From Xanthomonas campestris pv. campestris str. ATCC 33913 (GTDB lineage Bacteria > Pseudomonadota > Gammaproteobacteria > Xanthomonadales > Xanthomonadaceae), in NCBI RefSeq assembly GCF_000007145.1, contig NC_003902.1, positions 2,936,497 to 2,968,496 on the forward strand: a stretch of DNA of 32,000 bases. Direction: 5' to 3'. A model generated the notes under the pieces. That model made no database searches, was not told the origin of the DNA, and saw nothing but the letters and a program-made list of their open reading frames with translations. A program made the translations under genes and the position numbers. Shown one piece after another: positions 27,597-32,000 of the stretch. Position 1 is the stretch's first letter; each line of letters begins with the position of its first letter.

Positions 27597-28751
27597 TTAG
27601 TTGCCAAACAAGCGATTGCGAAGTGCGATGGATAGTTCATAACTGGCTCGGTAGCGGCCGTCAGGTGCAGATGGCGGCTGCATGCTGACTCCCAGTACAC
27701 CCACGGGATCGTCATTAGCCGTGGCAACTGCGTTCGCCGTATTGGGACTGCGTGCCAGAATTCCTACCTGGACCGCCCCAACCCGTCGCCACTGGTTGGC
27801 GCCGGCCGCATCTGCACTGGCTCCCACCGCTGATGCTGTCAATTGAGACGTTATATTTCCCACTGGCGGAGTGGCACTTGAGATAATGGCTGTGGAATCC
27901 AGGCCATATAGCAACTGCAGACTTTCAATTCCCTCGACGAGCTCCTCGTTCTGAGCGTACGTGCCATCGCTTGCCGCGCGTGCTCGACGCAGTGCAGGCT
28001 CACCGGAGGCTCCGGTGCCGACGTAGTACACCAGTGATTCAGCACGATAGAGCATTGTTTGCCCCGTCGGCTGTGCGGTATAGCGCGACAGATCTACGCT
28101 CGTCGTTACAGAACTCGCAGCAGATGTCCCGGTAAACACGTCTGCATGCGAGCAGTCGGCGATGCCGAATAAGGTGGGGGTTCCAACGCCTCCGCTGGTT
28201 AAACGTGACAATCGCCCTGCATCAAAGCTGGCAATGGAGTTGCTGCCTGTACGTACCAGCCCAGTAACTGGCACACCTTCAGGGGAAAGAAAACGTAGTA
28301 CAAGAATATCGCTGCCTGGCAACGGAGCAGGATTGAGCCCTTGAATCTGCGAAGGCACACCGGCGGCGGGGGACAACGTTCCGCCGAGCCGCAGCTGCGC
28401 TCCTGGCGATGTACCTGTAGCTTCATACCCTTGAATCGATACAGAAAAATCCAGTGGGCTGCCACTTCCGGTTGTCGTAGACAAGTTGACGCGGGGATCC
28501 CCCTGGCCTTTCACAAAATGCGCCTGGTCGTTGACGCAACCGAAATGACCCGCCATACGGATATCACGCGCCAGGAAATCCAGGGCAAACCGAGCATTTT
28601 CTTGGGCTCTGGACGCTCCTTCAGACAGCTGAAATGCTGTCCTCGACGCGGAAAATACCTGGATCACCCCAAGCAGCAGCACAAGGCCAATGACCAGCGC
28701 AATCATCATTTCAATAAGCGACAAACCCGCCGCCCTGGTACGTGCGGTCAT
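27597..28751 (-). CDS. pilW: Type IV minor pilin PilW (384 aa)
   Basis: Prepilin N-terminus ..AAG/LSLIEMMIALVIGLVLLLGVIQVF, plus size and synteny. Confidence 0.85.
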   Translation of the reverse strand: MTARTRAAGLSLIEMMIALVIGLVLLLGVIQVFSASRTAFQLSEGASRAQENARFALDFLARDIRMAGHFGCVNDQAHFVKGQGDPRVNLSTTTGSGSPLDFSVSIQGYEATGTSPGAQLRLGGTLSPAAGVPSQIQGLNPAPLPGSDILVLRFLSPEGVPVTGLVRTGSNSIASFDAGRLSRLTSGGVGTPTLFGIADCSHADVFTGTSAASSVTTSVDLSRYTAQPTGQTMLYRAESLVYYVGTGASGEPALRRARAASDGTYAQNEELVEGIESLQLLYGLDSTAIISSATPPVGNITSQLTASAVGASADAAGANQWRRVGAVQVGILARSPNTANAVATANDDPVGVLGVSMQPPSAPDGRYRASYELSIALRNRLFGN

Positions 28752-28754
28752 GAT

Positions 28755-29228
28755 TCAGATCTCTGTCTGCAATGCGAATGTCGTCGATGTATCCGGATCA
28801 GTTGCGTCCCACTTCTGATCACCCCAAGAGATGGACACAGTGACCTGTCCATTGGCGACCACAACATTTGCCGATGAAGATTCTCCCAATGCCTTGGCAA
28901 CCTGACATTTCCAGCGAGTGACATGTTGGGTGATGGACACCGTCTCGCCGGTCGGCCGACTACAGGCTCCTCTTGCGGTCACCGAACCCGCGGCGAAGCT
29001 GGCCGCGGTGTACTGGCTAGCCTGGTACCGATTTGAGCGCATTTGATCGATAAGGTCATAGGCGAGATTGGTCGCCTGTGTTCGATAGTTGGCGCTTTGC
29101 ACGAAGCGCACGCTCATCGTTTGTAGCAGTGCAAAGCCAAGCAGCCCGAACGCGAGAACAATGATCGCTATCAATACTTCAATCAATGTAAACCCAGATG
29201 CTTCCCGCCTAATGCCGTGCTGTCTCAT
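28755..29228 (-). CDS. pilV: Type IV minor pilin PilV (157 aa)
   Basis: ..ASG/FTLIEVLIAIIVLAFGLLGFALLQ. ATGA overlap with the fimU stop. Confidence 0.85.
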   Translation of the reverse strand: MRQHGIRREASGFTLIEVLIAIIVLAFGLLGFALLQTMSVRFVQSANYRTQATNLAYDLIDQMRSNRYQASQYTAASFAAGSVTARGACSRPTGETVSITQHVTRWKCQVAKALGESSSANVVVANGQVTVSISWGDQKWDATDPDTSTTFALQTEI

Positions 29229-29740
29229 TGACAGTTATCCTTTCTACTTCTGACTTGCCCAGCTGCATTGATGAGCAGCGTTCGCATCAATTGCTGGCCG
29301 CCACATTGATCCGGGCGCACAGTGATTTGCTGGTCGGCAGCAGAAATTCGGCGTCCCCGGCCGTCAAAGGCCACTAGACCGCTACTCGGGCCTTGAACAA
29401 CGAGCTTTGGATTGCCAAGCCAGTAGCGCAGGACCGGTTCTCCGCCATCCAATGCACCATTTGTATTGACATCGCTCCATGCAAGGATCCCTCCGCCCCA
29501 GCTCCCATCACAGGCAGTGCCGTTACTGCTTCCACAGATCGCCCCACTTTGGCCAGAACGCAGTGCTTCGCTCCTGGCGAGGTTAAGCAACCCGACCACT
29601 TCATTATTTGCAGTAACAGCGCGATTCGACCGAATGACGCCTTGAAAACTCGGGTATCCGATAGCGGCCACGATCGCAACGACCGCAACCGTGGTCATCA
29701 ACTCAACCAGCGTGAACCCGCGAGCACGGCAGAAAAACAT
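29225..29740 (-). CDS. fimU: GspH/FimU-family minor pilin (171 aa)
   Basis: MFFCRARG/FTLVELMTTVAVVAIVAAIGYPSF and a GspH-like body. The ATG at 29740 has SD ggggag with a 7-nt spacer. The TTG at 29761 in the ORF track is rejected. Confidence 0.85.
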   Translation of the reverse strand: MFFCRARGFTLVELMTTVAVVAIVAAIGYPSFQGVIRSNRAVTANNEVVGLLNLARSEALRSGQSGAICGSSNGTACDGSWGGGILAWSDVNTNGALDGGEPVLRYWLGNPKLVVQGPSSGLVAFDGRGRRISAADQQITVRPDQCGGQQLMRTLLINAAGQVRSRKDNCQ

Positions 29741-29857
29741 CAATACGCTCCCCAGCGTCAATACTGAGGAGCATGAGTGGCCAGAGCGGTAAAGACAAGC
29801 GCCCGACCGACAAGCGGCTCTCTTGACCGACGAACGTTAGTCCCGTCAGCTAGAAAA

Positions 29858-31243
29858 TCAGGTCACCACCCGATAACAAGGCCGGTAATCCCCCGAGATC
29901 TTCATCCGGCGCTGTTCGACGAAGCCACGTAGCAGCTCGTCCAGGGCCTGCATGATGTCGGGGTCGCCGTGGATCTCGAACGGGCCGAACTCCTCGATGC
30001 GGCGCATGCCGTCTTCCTTGACGTTGCCGGCGACGATGCCGGAGAAGGCGCGGCGCAGGTCGGCCGCAAGTTCTGGCGCCGGGCGGCCGTGGTGCAGGTC
30101 CAACGCAGCCATGGCTTCGTGGCTGGGCACGAACGGCTGCTGGTACTCAAGCGGGATGTGCACCGACCAGTTGAAGTAGTACGAGTCTTTCTGGTCCTTG
30201 CGGTGCGCGCGCACTTCGTGAATGCCTTCGGCCATGCGGCGCGCCACCGCGACGGGGTCACCGACGATGATCTCGTAGCGTGATGCGACCGACTCACCAA
30301 GGCTCAGGCGGATAAACCGGTCGATCTGGGCGAAGTACGGCGCGGCGATGGTCGGCCCGGTCAGGATCAGCGGGAACGGCAGGCCGGCGTTCTCCTCGCG
30401 CAGCAGGATGCCGAGCAGGTACAGGATTTCCTCGGCGGTACCGACGCCACCCGGGAAGACGAGGATGCCGTGACCAATGCGAACAAACGCCTCCAGGCGC
30501 TTTTCGATGTCCGGCATGATCACCAGGTGATTCACGATCGGATTCGGTGATTCGGCGGCGATGATGCCCGGCTCGGTGACGCCGATATAGCGCGTGTGGT
30601 GCTTGCGCTGTTTGGCGTGCGCAATGGTGGCGCCCTTCATCGGGCCCTTCATTGCTCCTGGGCCGCAGCCGGTGCAGATGTCAAGACCGCGCAGGCCGAG
30701 CTCGTAGCCCACCTGTTTGGTGTAGAGGTATTCGTCGCGCGAGATGGAGTGACCACCCCAGCACACGACCAGATTCGGGTCGGACGGCTGCAGGATGCGC
30801 GCGTTGCGCAGCTGGCCGAACACGGCATTGGTGATGCCTTCGCTGGTGTCCAGGTCCGCACGTTGCGCTTCGAGCTCGATGGCCATGTAGGCCAGGTCGC
30901 GCACCACGGCGAACAACAGCTCGGCCACGCCGCGGATGATCTCGCCATCCACAAAGGCCATGGCCGGCGCGTTGATCAGATCGATACGGATGCCGCGATC
31001 CTGCTGATTCACCTGGATGTCGAAATCCGGGTACAGGTCACGCGCGGCACGCGGGTCGTCGGATGCACTACCACTGGTCAGCACCGCCAGCGCACACCGG
31101 CGCAACAGCTCATGCATGCCGCCACTGGATGCATCACGCAACCGTGCCACTTCTGCCTTGGACAGCACGTCCAGGCCACCACGCGGATAGATCCGCGCAT
31201 CCACCACCGGCAGCGCCCGTGCTGCCGTACTGCTGAGTTCCAT
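29858..31243 (-). CDS. ppnN: LOG-family nucleotide 5'-monophosphate nucleosidase (PpnN/YgdH-like), 461 aa
   Basis: VVCWGGHSI..., TGCGPGAMKGPMKGA and the LOG motif VFPGGVGTAEEILYLLGILL. Length and architecture match E. coli PpnN (YgdH). Confidence 0.8.
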   Translation of the reverse strand: MELSSTAARALPVVDARIYPRGGLDVLSKAEVARLRDASSGGMHELLRRCALAVLTSGSASDDPRAARDLYPDFDIQVNQQDRGIRIDLINAPAMAFVDGEIIRGVAELLFAVVRDLAYMAIELEAQRADLDTSEGITNAVFGQLRNARILQPSDPNLVVCWGGHSISRDEYLYTKQVGYELGLRGLDICTGCGPGAMKGPMKGATIAHAKQRKHHTRYIGVTEPGIIAAESPNPIVNHLVIMPDIEKRLEAFVRIGHGILVFPGGVGTAEEILYLLGILLREENAGLPFPLILTGPTIAAPYFAQIDRFIRLSLGESVASRYEIIVGDPVAVARRMAEGIHEVRAHRKDQKDSYYFNWSVHIPLEYQQPFVPSHEAMAALDLHHGRPAPELAADLRRAFSGIVAGNVKEDGMRRIEEFGPFEIHGDPDIMQALDELLRGFVEQRRMKISGDYRPCYRVVT

Positions 31244-31295
31244 AGCTTGCTCCTGTCGTCTGCGCAGGACTTTAGCGTACTCACCCGCCCAAAAG

Positions 31296-31324
31296 AAAAC
31301 GGCCGGGAGAACCCGGCCGTTTTT
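31296..31324 (-). terminator. Intrinsic terminator downstream of the second TonB-dependent receptor
   Basis: aaaacggccggg-agaa-cccggccgtttt. On the minus-strand RNA the stem is followed by CUUUUGGG. Lies 25 nt after the receptor stop. Confidence 0.8.
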
Positions 31325-31348
31325 GCAACATGCAACGCGCTGGCCAGA

Positions 31349-32000
31349 TTAGAACTGGTAGCGGAAGCCCAGCTGCAGGGCCCAGCGGGAGATGCCGCGA
31401 TCGTCATACACCGTGGCCTGATCCGGCGTGTTGAATCGATACACGTACTTGCCACTGGCTGCATCAATGCCGCCGTATTCCACGACACCACGCATACCCG
31501 GGAAGCCATACTCCTCGACCTGGCCCCATTTCTTGTTGAGCAGGTTGCCGACATTCATGACGTCGAGCCACACAGAAGCCTTGTTGCCCTTGAAGAAGCC
31601 GGGAATCTCCTGCTCGATATGCAGATCGAACTGGTTGATCCAGGAATTACGTGCGCCATTACGTTCGGCAACCTGGCCACGACGGGCAGCCAGATACTCA
31701 TTGCCTTCAATGTAGTTCCAGAATGCCTGCTCTTCTCCAGCAGAACCGAATAACACATCGCCGCGACCTGCCGGGATGTACAGCAAGTCGTTCAGGCGAC
31801 CATCGCCATTGGCATCGTTGTCGAAGGCATAGCTGTACGGACGACCATTGCGGCCCTGGTAAATCAAGCCAAGCTTGGTCTCGTAGTCGCCGAAGAACGC
31901 ATGCTTCCAGTTCAAGGTACCCAGGATGCTGTTCTTGATTTCATACGCTGCGGTCGAAGCAACGTTTTCGTTGGCCTGGAACACGGCGTTATTAGCATAG
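31349..32000 (-). CDS. TonB-dependent outer-membrane receptor, C-terminal about 217 codons (5' end outside window)
   Basis: The frame stays open to the window edge (..YANNAVFQANENV..). Ends ..ALQLGFRYQF* with a terminal Phe. Confidence 0.85.
   Translation of the reverse strand, partial: YANNAVFQANENVASTAAYEIKNSILGTLNWKHAFFGDYETKLGLIYQGRNGRPYSYAFDNDANGDGRLNDLLYIPAGRGDVLFGSAGEEQAFWNYIEGNEYLAARRGQVAERNGARNSWINQFDLHIEQEIPGFFKGNKASVWLDVMNVGNLLNKKWGQVEEYGFPGMRGVVEYGGIDAASGKYVYRFNTPDQATVYDDRGISRWALQLGFRYQF

Noticed and set aside
1-32000. Screen for CRISPR arrays, rRNA, prophage modules, toxin-antitoxin pairs or XVIPCD-type T4SS effectors
   Set aside because: I saw no regularly spaced direct repeats, no rRNA-like segments, and no phage structural or integrase genes. 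No ORF has a recognisable effector or immunity architecture.

Overview
High-GC gamma-proteobacterial chromosome segment, almost certainly Xanthomonas. This rests on a VirB7 lipoprotein with a long C-terminal domain, as in the X. citri bacteria-killing T4SS, plus a Xanthomonas-type minor-pilin operon and a heavy IS5/IS3 load.

Gene order, left to right:
- 3' part of a TonB-dependent receptor (+).
- An intact IS5-family element with a CTAA target duplication.
- Alpha-glucosidase aglA (-).
- About 1.1 kb of IS debris: two decayed IS3-family transposase fragments and a solo IS5-type terminal repeat.
- A type IV secretion locus on the minus strand: orf80, virD4, a 319-nt leader, then virB7-B8-B9-B10-B11-B1-B2-B3-B4. 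It stops after virB4, so virB5 and virB6 are not in the window.
- tRNA-Val(GAC), uvrB (-), fimT (+), tRNA-Asn(GTT).
- Minor-pilin operon fimU-pilV-pilW-pilX-pilY1-pilE (-). pilY1 is split by a 1,504-bp IS with perfect 19-bp inverted repeats and an 8-bp target duplication.
- ppnN (LOG-family nucleotide nucleosidase) (-).
- 3' part of a second TonB-dependent receptor (-).

No CRISPR array, rRNA or prophage was seen. I found no convincing wholly new multi-gene system.

The points most worth a second look are:
- the IS-associated truncation of the T4SS locus;
- the apparently recent, cleanly reversible IS hit in pilY1;
- the GGA-rich virD4-virB7 leader, which carries a well-initiated 62-codon small ORF;
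- an unannotatable 80-codon ORF heading the virD4 unit;
- a strong stem-loop between virB3 and virB4;
- a Q/P-rich tail on VirB8;
- a C-terminal GRxR motif on FimT.

All family assignments come from reading motifs by eye. No database search was run.
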